Source: Akkermansiaceae bacterium | Lineage (GTDB): Bacteria; Verrucomicrobiota; Verrucomicrobiia; Verrucomicrobiales; Akkermansiaceae | Direction: 5' to 3' | Assembly: GCA_051251915.1 (NCBI GenBank) | Contig: JBPOGF010000012.1 | Span: 64,001-128,000, forward strand | Length of the DNA stretch: 64,000 nt | In this document: positions 39,148 to 49,245 of the stretch, in pieces | Layout of the letters: each line of letters opens with the position of its first letter | How positions within the stretch are numbered: the first letter of the stretch is position 1 | Translations under genes and position numbers: made by a program | The notes under the pieces: generated by a model | Databases searched by the model: none | Told to the model about the DNA's origin: nothing | The model's input: only the letters and a program-made list of their open reading frames with translations

Positions 39148-39456
39148 ATGGATTTTACAGATATAGACCGCGATGACTTCCGTAACCTACTCGGAGAAAT
39201 AGGAAAAGCCTGCATGCCGTTCGGAAAATTCGGCCCAAATTTCCACCCTCCACGAGGAGTACCCATCATGGATCTCCCTCCAGAGTACCTTACATGGTTT
39301 AAAGAACGAGGGTTCCCAAAAGGTCAACTAGGTGAACTCATGGCACAAGTCTGCGAAATCAAAGAAGTCGGCATGGACCAACTATTCGACCCACTCAGGC
39401 AAGCCAACGGTGGACGAGTCAGTATCCGCAAACGCCGGCCCAAATCAGATTTCTAA
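39148..39456 (+). CDS. DUF3820 family protein
   Basis: MPFGKF, DLPPEYL.WF, GFP.G.LG. Confidence 0.85.
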   Translation: MDFTDIDRDDFRNLLGEIGKACMPFGKFGPNFHPPRGVPIMDLPPEYLTWFKERGFPKGQLGELMAQVCEIKEVGMDQLFDPLRQANGGRVSIRKRRPKSDF

Positions 39457-39475
39457 CAAGTAATACCTTAAATCA

Positions 39476-40093
39476 CTACTTCACACAATGGAAAGGAGCT
39501 GGCACTGTCACCACTTCCATCCCCGCGCTCTGAGCAGCCATAATCCCAGCAGGAGCATCTTCCAGCACCAAGCATTTTGTAGGATCTACCTCTAGTCTGC
39601 TAGCAGCTTCAAGGAAAATATCTGGCGCAGGCTTACCGCACGCTACATCATTCGCTGTCACCACTTCATCAAATAAGTCGCTAATTCCTACTGCCTGAAG
39701 CGTCTTCTCAGCCACCACTCGGGTACCTCCAGTAGCTATTGCCATAGGCACCTTGCCGCGCATTGATCTAGCATAGTTGACCACATCTTCATTGATCTCC
39801 ACTTTATCTAACAAATTCATAAATGCCTCTCTCTTCGCAAGAGCCACATCAGTAGGATCTATGTTAAGCCCAAACTCGCCATTAAGCTCCACCACAATAT
39901 CCTTAGTCGGTCTACCCCCCATCGAATAAAACACGTCCTCAGGGAACACATCTTTGGGTACATTAAATTGAGCTAAAGCTTCTCGCCATGCCTGGAAATG
40001 CGCCGGCATAGAGTCCACTAAAGTTCCGTCTAAATCAAATATCACAGCTTCAAAGCTACCATCAGGAATTTCTAGGTCACCAAATTTTTTCAT
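39476..40093 (-). CDS. HAD-family phosphatase (beta-PGM/YqaB-like)
   Basis: FDLDGTLVDSMP.H, GKPAPDIF, LED...G. Confidence 0.92.
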   Translation of the reverse strand: MKKFGDLEIPDGSFEAVIFDLDGTLVDSMPAHFQAWREALAQFNVPKDVFPEDVFYSMGGRPTKDIVVELNGEFGLNIDPTDVALAKREAFMNLLDKVEINEDVVNYARSMRGKVPMAIATGGTRVVAEKTLQAVGISDLFDEVVTANDVACGKPAPDIFLEAASRLEVDPTKCLVLEDAPAGIMAAQSAGMEVVTVPAPFHCVK

Positions 40094-40204
40094 CGCATAT
40101 GCTTAGTGCCAAATACCCCAAATAAAGCAAGCCAGATTGCACAATTTTCAATGATTTTTTCGTTACCCCTTGATCACTTCTACTAAATCCATCACCCTCT
40201 CGCC

Positions 40205-40825
40205 ATGAAATTCCTCCGCATTTTTTCAGCCTTCATCATGCTAATTATGTTAAATTCTTGCACTCACGATCCCTATAATTATCACGATATGGTGAAGATT
40301 CAGCAAGTTGACCCAAGTATCCAAACCGACCTACGCTACAAAACCAGCAACAACATCACAAAACAACCGCTCTACCCCGCTGATATGCCCACCCTCCTCA
40401 GACCAAACACCGCCAAGCGACTAGCCCACGCCAACCAGCTCGTCACAGAAAGCGGCTATCGGCTTAAGATATGGGACGCCTACCGCCCACAATCTGCCCA
40501 AATCGCCCTCTGGGACTCGTCCGGTCAAGACTCCAACTTTGTCGCTAATCCTTACGAAAACCCATCCCTCCACACTCACGGAGTAGCAGTCGACGTCACC
40601 CTCGCATTCCCTGATGGATCCCCAGCCCCGATGCCCACTGACTTCGATGATTTCAGCAACAAAGCATCCCCACACTACATCCATCCCAGCCCCGTAGTGA
40701 GACGAAATCTCCGCATCCTCAAAGACGCCATGCACACCGCAGGCTTCCTCTACATCCACTCTGAGTGGTGGCACTTCCTAGATAAAGACTACAAACAATA
40801 CTCCATCATCCCATCCATCCAGTAA
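40205..40825 (+). CDS. ddpX: D-Ala-D-Ala dipeptidase (M15D, VanX/DdpX family) lipoprotein
   Basis: Lipobox LNSC; WDAYRP, SLH..G.AVD, EWWH. Confidence 0.88.
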   Translation: MKFLRIFSAFIMLIMLNSCTHDPYNYHDMVKIQQVDPSIQTDLRYKTSNNITKQPLYPADMPTLLRPNTAKRLAHANQLVTESGYRLKIWDAYRPQSAQIALWDSSGQDSNFVANPYENPSLHTHGVAVDVTLAFPDGSPAPMPTDFDDFSNKASPHYIHPSPVVRRNLRILKDAMHTAGFLYIHSEWWHFLDKDYKQYSIIPSIQ

Positions 40826-40829
40826 CAAA

Positions 40830-42053
40830 ATGCCTACCAAAAACATTGCCATCATAGGTGCTGGTCCGGCCGGACTACGCGCAGCAGAAGTCGCCGCTGA
40901 ATCAGGAGCCTCAGTCACCATCTTCGACTCCAAACCCTCCTCTGGCAGGAAATTTCTAGTCGCCGGTAAAAGTGGCCTTAACCTCACCAACGATGAACCC
41001 TGGGAAACCTTTCTCCAAAAATACAGCGGCACCGACCTCCCCCATCAACACTGGAACAAAATCCTCTCCAACTTCGACAACCAAGCCCTCCGCTACTGGG
41101 CAGGCGAATTAGGTATCGCCACCTTCGTAGCGTCTTCAGGAAAGGTCTTTCCCACAGAAATGAAAGCAGCCCCCCTCCTCAAGCGCTGGATCGACAAACT
41201 GCGCGCCCTAGAGGTAAGTTTTTCATTCAACCACCACTGCACCAATTTCAGCAGCTCCAAAAATGGCGTAGAGGTAAGTTTTTCCACCCCAGATAACCAT
41301 GAAGAAACTACCCTCCAATTTGACGCCGTAGTCCTCGCCCTTGGCGGAGGTTCCTGGCGCAACACTGGTTCCACTGGTGAATGGACAAGCATATTCTTAA
41401 ATCACAACATCCACCTTACCCCACTCACCGCGGCCAACTGCGGCTGGGAAACACCATGGCCTGAAGATTTCATCAAAGAAGCCGAAGGCCTCCCACTCAA
41501 AAACATCATCGTCACCGCCGGAGAAAAATCCATCGGCGGTGAACTAGTCATCACCAAATACGGACTCGAAGGCGGCCCCATCTACAAACTAGGCGCAGCC
41601 ATCAAATCACTCCCATCTCCACAAATCACCATCGACTTCAAACCAAGCCACACAGAAGAACAACTCACTGCCAAAATGGAGTCTGCTAAACGCAACCTCA
41701 TCCACGAAGCCAAGCTCCGCTGGAAACTCAACGCAGCCACCCACTCCCTCCTAAAACATCACTTCCCCACAGAAGAAAGCCTTACCGTCGAAAAACTCGC
41801 CCACACCATAAAAAAATTCCCCATCCCTCTCACCCAACCCCGCCCCATAGATGAAGTCATCTCCAGCGCCGGCGGTGTAAAATGGTCCGAGCTTGACCAA
41901 AACCTCATGCTCAAAAAACTCCCAGGCATCTACTGCGCCGGAGAAATGATCGACTGGGAAGCCCCAACCGGCGGCTACCTCCTCCAAGCCTGCTTCGCCA
42001 CAGGGACATGGGTTGCCAAAGCCATTCTGGCACAACAACCTCCTCTATCATGA
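40830..42053 (+). CDS. HI0933/TIGR03862-type flavoprotein
   Basis: GAGPAG, GRKFLVAGKSGLNLT, GEMIDWEAPTGGYLLQ. Confidence 0.92.
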   Translation: MPTKNIAIIGAGPAGLRAAEVAAESGASVTIFDSKPSSGRKFLVAGKSGLNLTNDEPWETFLQKYSGTDLPHQHWNKILSNFDNQALRYWAGELGIATFVASSGKVFPTEMKAAPLLKRWIDKLRALEVSFSFNHHCTNFSSSKNGVEVSFSTPDNHEETTLQFDAVVLALGGGSWRNTGSTGEWTSIFLNHNIHLTPLTAANCGWETPWPEDFIKEAEGLPLKNIIVTAGEKSIGGELVITKYGLEGGPIYKLGAAIKSLPSPQITIDFKPSHTEEQLTAKMESAKRNLIHEAKLRWKLNAATHSLLKHHFPTEESLTVEKLAHTIKKFPIPLTQPRPIDEVISSAGGVKWSELDQNLMLKKLPGIYCAGEMIDWEAPTGGYLLQACFATGTWVAKAILAQQPPLS

Positions 42054-42101
42054 ATCACATAAAAATATGTAGCTGCCGCAGCTATAAAGTAAACTAGCCT
42101 C

Positions 42102-42932
42102 TTAAAGCAACTTCACACCACCATCAGCAAAAGCAATCTTACGCTCCTTATAAAGCTGCCCTAGCGCCTTCTTATAAGTCTTCTTGCTCACACCAAACAT
42201 CGCCTGAATAGCCAGCGCATCGCTCTTATCTCCTACATCAAGAAAACCATTCCCCTGCTTAAGCCTAGCCATAATCTGCTCCGCAAGAGTGCCTACTTTT
42301 TCAGCACCAGGCTTCTGTAAAATAATATCTACCTTATCATCTTCACGCAGTGTGAGTACATACCCCTTTAAACGATCACCAATACTCACTGGCTGGAAAA
42401 TTTGATCATGATAGATCATCCCCCAATGCGTCCCCTCAACAATGACATTATAACCATTAGTCGATCTACGCACCACAATGATGTCAACCTGCTCATCCTC
42501 TAAAAACGTCCTTCTCTCCTTACCCAGAAACCTCCCCAACTTAGTAGTCGCAGCAATCCTGCCAGACTTCTCATCCACATAAGCCTGCACCATGATAGTC
42601 ACCCCCTGACTCACTTTTCTCTTCTGCTCACCAAACGGCAACATCAAATCTTTGCTCAAACCCCAGTCCAAAAATGCTCCCGCCTGATTGACCTGTACCA
42701 CCTTAAGCGCGGCACACTCACCCACTATAATCTTAGGCTCCTTTGTCGTCGCAATCAGTCGATCTTCTGAATCATTATAAATAAAGACACGCATCCACGA
42801 ACCCAGTTGAGCTCCTTGCCCACCTTCGTATGTAGGCAGCAAGATTTCACCACATTCATGCCCATCAAGATAAGCACCCCTGTCTTCAAGACGGACCACT
42901 TCGAGACTATTCCATTTTCCTAAATCAGCCAT
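42102..42932 (-). CDS. CvfB/YitL family S1 RNA-binding protein
   Basis: GAYLD, GAFLDWGL.KDL, FGVSKKTYKKALGQLYK winged helix. Confidence 0.9.
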   Translation of the reverse strand: MADLGKWNSLEVVRLEDRGAYLDGHECGEILLPTYEGGQGAQLGSWMRVFIYNDSEDRLIATTKEPKIIVGECAALKVVQVNQAGAFLDWGLSKDLMLPFGEQKRKVSQGVTIMVQAYVDEKSGRIAATTKLGRFLGKERRTFLEDEQVDIIVVRRSTNGYNVIVEGTHWGMIYHDQIFQPVSIGDRLKGYVLTLREDDKVDIILQKPGAEKVGTLAEQIMARLKQGNGFLDVGDKSDALAIQAMFGVSKKTYKKALGQLYKERKIAFADGGVKLL

Positions 42933-42938
42933 TATCGA

Positions 42939-43811
42939 TTATGACTCCAGAACTACTGGAAACGGCTGAGGTTGAATAACATCACGGCATAATTCTTCTT
43001 GAAACTGACTAAGAGAAGGCATCTGCGCCAGCGCTTCTTCAACAGATTGAGGCCTATCTTCCCAATTTGGGCTCATTAACCTATACATCCACACCTTAAA
43101 TGACTCAGGAATATCCCCTCTGAATCCACTGATATAAGGCAACTCACCAACTCTGTGCTTAGCTTTAGCGGTTGCTAATGGCAATTTCGCGAGTGGATGA
43201 CCATCTGCCAACATAGCGTAACATAGCTGACCAATCATAAAGATACTGGTGATTTCCCCCATCGGCTTACCTGCACAGAGCTCTGGAGCTGCGAAGGCAG
43301 AGGCTATCATCTTTTTCTCAGAACCTGGACCGTGAATCAATGGCATGAGTTTACTGTAGCCCATATCCATAAGGAGGAAATGCTTACCTCCATTAGCCTT
43401 TTTCTGAACCAGAACTGACGAAAGCCTAAAGTGGTAATGGAAAAATCCATACTGACGGAGTTGACCTAGCGCCTCCAAAAGCTGCTCAGCTAGATCATAC
43501 ACATCCTGCACACTAAACATCCCCTTCCCGAGCATGCTCTGGAGAGTATTGCCATTTGCAGATGCTCCTACAATGTAAGCTGTATCATTTTCTATACCCG
43601 CATCTATCACAGGTAGAACACTAGCGTCCTCCACACTCGATAGATCTTTTACAAGGCTCAAAAACTTTTTATCAAAGACACTTCGGTCTTCATTTTTAGG
43701 AATAGTAAACTGACGCAAGATAACATTTCTTCCGATGACTGTATCCTCAGCAAGGTAAACCTGCCCTAAGCGCCCGTTTCCGAGACTACGTTTGATTTTA
43801 TATCGGTTCAT
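42939..43811 (-). CDS. Stand-alone Ser/Thr kinase-like protein, probably a pseudokinase
   Basis: LGNGRLGQVYLAED, DMG, APE present; VAIK and HRD motifs degenerate; start moved to ATG 43811. Confidence 0.8.
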   Translation of the reverse strand: MNRYKIKRSLGNGRLGQVYLAEDTVIGRNVILRQFTIPKNEDRSVFDKKFLSLVKDLSSVEDASVLPVIDAGIENDTAYIVGASANGNTLQSMLGKGMFSVQDVYDLAEQLLEALGQLRQYGFFHYHFRLSSVLVQKKANGGKHFLLMDMGYSKLMPLIHGPGSEKKMIASAFAAPELCAGKPMGEITSIFMIGQLCYAMLADGHPLAKLPLATAKAKHRVGELPYISGFRGDIPESFKVWMYRLMSPNWEDRPQSVEEALAQMPSLSQFQEELCRDVIQPQPFPVVLES

Positions 43812-44003
43812 TGTATGGCTTTCTAGTTTGGGGAATATTGTATATTTATACAGGTTAGCTTGTTGATATCTTACAATAGCATGCTTCACTGCTCATTATA
43901 TTTTTGGGATTCCAGCCCCTCGTCAGCTAAAGCGTCGCGTCTTGCAACACTTATCTTAGTTTTTGACGTTATTTATCGACTGAAAATTAAAACTACCGTT
44001 TCT

Positions 44004-44780
44004 TTATCTTGCCTCGACCTCAGTCCGATTAAACATAATCTCGTGAGCTCCAATAAAGCCAGTATCCACTAATGCTTTATTCCAGGTCTCGATAAGCGGC
44101 GGGCTATTGAAGATCAAATATGCCTTCAAAATCCAGATCAACCCCTCTTGCTTATTACCCGAATCGAATTCTCTAAGAGCATTTGCATAATAGTAATAAG
44201 GGTTATCCTCCATATAACTACGCAGTTCATACATTCTCTTCAGCTCCGCATCATACTTGCCAGGACTATCTTTGGCTAACTTTGAGATCGAAATCAGGTA
44301 TTTAAAATCTAATAGTGGCAATGAAGTATCTCCCCTGCTTTTGATCAGCTTGTTGATATATACCATATAATCAGTAGCCTTTTGATAGCGACCATCAAAA
44401 AAATTAATCTCTACCAAATTCATCAAAGATGGAATATGATTCGGGTTAATCTTTAGCACTTCATCGTAATAAGAGATCGCCTTATCAACGTCATGAATCT
44501 GTGCCCTGCATATACCATGCAGCCAGATCAAATCCATGTCATCTGGGAAAATATTAAGCGCATCTTCAATAGCGATCATGCAGGTGAAAAACTTCTGATT
44601 CCTACTAGCTTCAGTCGCCTTGCGCTTAAGCTTCACATACTCAGTCCTAGCCTCAAGCGGAAGCTTTTCAAATCTCTCGCCAATAACCTTAAGACGGCTA
44701 GCCACGACTGGATCCTGAGCGGATGCAAAGGAAGAGGCTACTACTAGCAGGGCGGATACAGTTACGGTAAGTAGTTTCAT
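44004..44780 (-). CDS. Exported TPR-repeat protein (paralogue 2)
   Basis: Signal peptide; TPR-like helices; similar to 44840-45649. Confidence 0.8.
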   Translation of the reverse strand: MKLLTVTVSALLVVASSFASAQDPVVASRLKVIGERFEKLPLEARTEYVKLKRKATEASRNQKFFTCMIAIEDALNIFPDDMDLIWLHGICRAQIHDVDKAISYYDEVLKINPNHIPSLMNLVEINFFDGRYQKATDYMVYINKLIKSRGDTSLPLLDFKYLISISKLAKDSPGKYDAELKRMYELRSYMEDNPYYYYANALREFDSGNKQEGLIWILKAYLIFNSPPLIETWNKALVDTGFIGAHEIMFNRTEVEAR

Positions 44781-44839
44781 AATGTTTTTATTTAGGTTTC
44801 TAATTAATGCAATAACCTTTACTATGTCAAGTCCTAAGG

Positions 44840-45649
44840 CTATTTCAGAACCTCAACACCACCCAACCACACTCTATAATTCAACCCCTCCTGAATATCC
44901 ACACGCATTAATTCAATCTCATAACCAGCCACAACATGCGAATCCAAAAGGACTTTATTCCAAACATCTATAAATCTCGCATCAGCGAAGACTGTCGCCG
45001 CTCGGGATAACCACACCTCCCCCTCTAATCTATTCCCCGATTCAAATTCACGTAGCGCATTAACATAATAAAAATAAGGCGTATCATCCATACTTGAATG
45101 GAGAGAACTCAGCCTCTTTATCTCGTTTTTGTATTTATCAGGCTGCTTTATAGATAGCTTACTCAAACAAACCAGATGCTTAAAATCAAGCAGCGGCAGC
45201 GATTCCCCCCTTCTTAACCAGTTGATGCAGTTCACATATTTCGAAGCCTCCTCAAAATCACCAGAAAAGAAATGAATCTCCACTAGATTCATTAGCGCCA
45301 GCATATGGCTAATATTAATCCCTAAAACCTTCAAATACTGCTCAGTCGCTCCATCAACATCGTGTATCCGTGCAAGACAAATCCCCTTCAGCCAAATAAG
45401 ATCCATATCCTCGGAGAAAATATGTAGCGCTTTATCAATAGTAACGATGCAGCTAAAATACCTCTGCTCCTTATTCTCTTTAGTGGCACGCCTCTTCAAC
45501 ACAATAAACTCTTCCCGCTTTTTCAATGGCAACTTTTTAAACTGATTACTAATAGCCTCCAAACGAGCCTTAACCATCGGATCCTGTGCAGCAACCGTAG
45601 GGAAAATCATAAATAAAACTCCAAAAACAATAATAATTAACTTTTCCAT
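44840..45649 (-). CDS. Exported TPR-repeat protein (paralogue 1)
   Basis: AQDP, DMDLIWL.GIC.A.IHDVD, LMNLVEI.FF, SLPLLDFK shared with neighbour. Confidence 0.8.
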   Translation of the reverse strand: MEKLIIIVFGVLFMIFPTVAAQDPMVKARLEAISNQFKKLPLKKREEFIVLKRRATKENKEQRYFSCIVTIDKALHIFSEDMDLIWLKGICLARIHDVDGATEQYLKVLGINISHMLALMNLVEIHFFSGDFEEASKYVNCINWLRRGESLPLLDFKHLVCLSKLSIKQPDKYKNEIKRLSSLHSSMDDTPYFYYVNALREFESGNRLEGEVWLSRAATVFADARFIDVWNKVLLDSHVVAGYEIELMRVDIQEGLNYRVWLGGVEVLK

Positions 45650-45780
45650 AATATCAAAGTCTGACTGAGCACTTTAAATAGGTCAAGCTACAAACACTTA
45701 CAACACAATGGCGAATTAGCCTTAAATCCCACCAAAAGACAATTCTCTGTAAAAAAAACGCCAAACAATTCAATTTTATT

Positions 45781-45817
45781 TTGACAGATCAGCCGCCTCT
45801 GCTACTTTCCGCCCGCC
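45781..45817 (+). promoter_or_regulatory. sigma70 promoter of tRNA-Thr/tuf operon with GC-rich discriminator
   Basis: TTGACA-16 bp-(TGc)TACTTT-CCGCCCGCC. Confidence 0.75.
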
Positions 45818-45875
45818 TGTCAGTAGGTCAACTTACTCGGCAAGCAACTAGTAATGGTATCAATTACACTGTTAC

Positions 45876-45950
45876 GCTCTTGTAGCTCAGGGGTAGAGCG
45901 CATCCTTGGTAAGGATGAAGTCGGCGGTTCAATTCCGCCCAAGAGCTCCA
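45876..45950 (+). tRNA. trnT: tRNA-Thr(GGT)
   Basis: Cloverleaf GCTCTTG/CAAGAGC, anticodon loop TTGGTAA, TTCAA T-loop, encoded CCA. Confidence 0.97.
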
Positions 45951-46037
45951 GCGTAACTAACATCATATCGAAATAATCCAGTCTGACAAACAACTTGCCA
46001 GACCTAATTAAAGCGCAAAAAAAGAAAAATAAATATT

Positions 46038-47222
<1,185 letters not shown>

Positions 47223-47416
47223 TTAATAGTTATTCTAGAATAAAGCACACTTTTTTAATGCGCTAGGATTCAGCACATTACGTGACTGAAAACTGGATTT
47301 CGAGGGTGCTTCAAGTTTTAATGCTTGAAGTACCCTTAAATCGCATTAAAAGAACTGCCCACTTGATAACCAAGTCAAGTCGGCAACAAGAAGTAACAAG
47401 GAGTAGTAAAACAAAC

Positions 47417-47492
47417 AGGGTTGTAGCTCAATTGGTAGAGTAGTGGTCTCCAAAACCATTGGTTGAGAGTTCGAGTCTCTCCGGCCCTGCCA
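47417..47492 (+). tRNA. trnW: tRNA-Trp(CCA)
   Basis: Cloverleaf AGGGTTG/CGGCCCT, anticodon loop CTCCAAA, TTCGA T-loop, encoded CCA. Confidence 0.96.
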
Positions 47493-47521
47493 CTCCTTAA
47501 CAAAATATATAACAACAAAAC

Positions 47522-47746
47522 ATGTTTCAGAAGATTTCAACATTCATCGGCGAAGTAAGAGGCGAACTCCGTAAGGCTACATGGCCTTGGGATCCAGATC
47601 CAAAAGCCAAAGGCCTTAAGAAATACAAAGAGCTCGTCGACTCAACAGTAGTCGTCATGATCGCCATTGTCCTTCTCGCTGGCTTCGTTGCAGTCTCTGA
47701 TCTCCTTCTCTCCAAGGCTATCAAGTTCATCTCAACTAGCTTCTAA
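47522..47746 (+). CDS. secE: Preprotein translocase subunit SecE
   Basis: EVRGELRKATWP + one TM; between trnW and nusG. Confidence 0.93.
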   Translation: MFQKISTFIGEVRGELRKATWPWDPDPKAKGLKKYKELVDSTVVVMIAIVLLAGFVAVSDLLLSKAIKFISTSF

Positions 47747-47819
47747 TTGCTAAACATAGACGAACCACAAGTCATACAATTTATATTAACTTCATCTTAA
47801 CGATAATCTAAACACTCAG

Positions 47820-48395
47820 ATGCCAAAAATTCCACCACCAAACAAGCAATGGTACGTAGTTCACGTACTCTCCGGTCAAGAGCAACGCGTTCGTGACCGT
47901 ATCTTGCGCATGGTTGAAGCAGAAGAAATGGGAGACTTCATCTACGAAGTCCTCGTTCCTCAAGAGATCGTCTCAGCAGTAGGTAAAGGTGGGCAGAAAA
48001 CAGAAAGAAAGAAAAAATTCTATCCTGGCTACATCATCGTTAACATGAACCTCTACACAGAGGACGGTCAGCTCCAAGAAAACACTTGGTACTTCATGAA
48101 AGAAACCGATGGCATCATCGGCTACGCTGGCACTAAAAATGAACCTATCCCTATGCGCCAACGTGAAGTTGACGCCATGCTCGCTCAGATCAAGGAACGT
48201 GAAGAAAACATTCGCCCAGCGATCGCTTTCGAAGTAGGAGACGAAGTAAAAGTATCCGACGGTCCATTCCAGAGCCAAACAGGCATCGTGGAAGAAATCG
48301 ACGAAGAAAAAGGAAAACTACGCGTGTCAGTAACTATCTTTGGTCGCGCAACACCAGTAGAACTCGAATTCTGGCAAGTAGAAGCTGGCGAGTAA
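47820..48395 (+). CDS. nusG: Transcription termination/antitermination factor NusG
   Basis: WYVVHV.SG.E, YPGYI, KOW DGPF, IFGRATPVEL. Confidence 0.97.
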   Translation: MPKIPPPNKQWYVVHVLSGQEQRVRDRILRMVEAEEMGDFIYEVLVPQEIVSAVGKGGQKTERKKKFYPGYIIVNMNLYTEDGQLQENTWYFMKETDGIIGYAGTKNEPIPMRQREVDAMLAQIKEREENIRPAIAFEVGDEVKVSDGPFQSQTGIVEEIDEEKGKLRVSVTIFGRATPVELEFWQVEAGE

Positions 48396-48493
48396 AACCA
48401 ACTACAACAGCTACTTAAAAACACTCTCTATGTAGCCGTGAATAGCGGCATCATTAACCACAACAATAATCAACAACAAACATTAGCAACATT

Positions 48494-48922
48494 ATGGCTA
48501 AAGAAGTAAAACAAATTCTAAAACTCCAGATTCAAGCTGGACAAGCAAATCCATCACCACCAGTAGGACCAGCACTCGGTCAAGCAGGTGTTAACATCAT
48601 GGCGTTCTGTAAGGACTTCAACGCGCAAACACAAGCAAAGGCAGGAGATCTCCTCCCAGTTGAAATCACCGTATTCAAGGACAGCTCATTCACATTCATC
48701 ACTAAGCAGCCACCTGCAGCAGTGCTCCTCAAAAAAGCAGCTAAGATCAAATCAGGATCAGGTGAACCTAACAAGATCAAAGTAGCTAAGCTCACAAAAG
48801 CTCAGCTCCTCGAAGTTGCAGCGATCAAGATGCCTGACCTTAACGCGAATGACGAAGAAGCAGCATGTAGAATCCTCGCAGGAACATGCCGCCAAATGGG
48901 AATCACAGTAGAAGGTCTCTAA
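48494..48922 (+). CDS. rplK: 50S ribosomal protein L11
   Basis: [30 protein letters not shown]. Confidence 0.98.
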   Translation: MAKEVKQILKLQIQAGQANPSPPVGPALGQAGVNIMAFCKDFNAQTQAKAGDLLPVEITVFKDSSFTFITKQPPAAVLLKKAAKIKSGSGEPNKIKVAKLTKAQLLEVAAIKMPDLNANDEEAACRILAGTCRQMGITVEGL

Positions 48923-48952
48923 TTCTCTGAATTAGTAGTAACTAAAAATTTC

Positions 48953-48983
48953 AAAAGACGTATCTTCGGATACGTCTTTTTTT
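48953..48983. terminator. Bidirectional terminator after rplK
   Basis: AAAAGACGTATC-TTCG-GATACGTCTTTT-TTT (cUUCGg loop). Confidence 0.9.
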
Positions 48984-48998
48984 GTGCTCATATCAGGA

Positions 48999-49241
48999 TT
49001 AAATTTGCTCCACATTCTGCAGATCCATAATCCTAGTCTCGTTCGCAAATGGATCACGGAAATAAATCAATACGTGCCTCTTCAGCACCTTGAACTGAAT
49101 CGGATTACCCCTAGGATCAAGCTCATAGTTGTCACCAGGGCTCGCGGGATAGCGCTCTAACTGCTTGAGGAAAGCAAGCACATGCGAACTATCCTGCATT
49201 CGTCGTATCGCCCCTTCAGCATCTTTATGTAGAATCATCAT
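48999..49241 (-). CDS. Small protein with RelE/ParE-like pattern
   Basis: 80 aa; beta-helix-helix then L..YP..GD and three terminal beta strands; 4 bp behind kbl. Confidence 0.5.
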   Translation of the reverse strand: MMILHKDAEGAIRRMQDSSHVLAFLKQLERYPASPGDNYELDPRGNPIQFKVLKRHVLIYFRDPFANETRIMDLQNVEQI

Positions 49242-49245
49242 TTGA

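Noticed and set aside
47346..47543. 65-aa minus-strand ORF
   Set aside because: Antisense translation of tRNA-Trp
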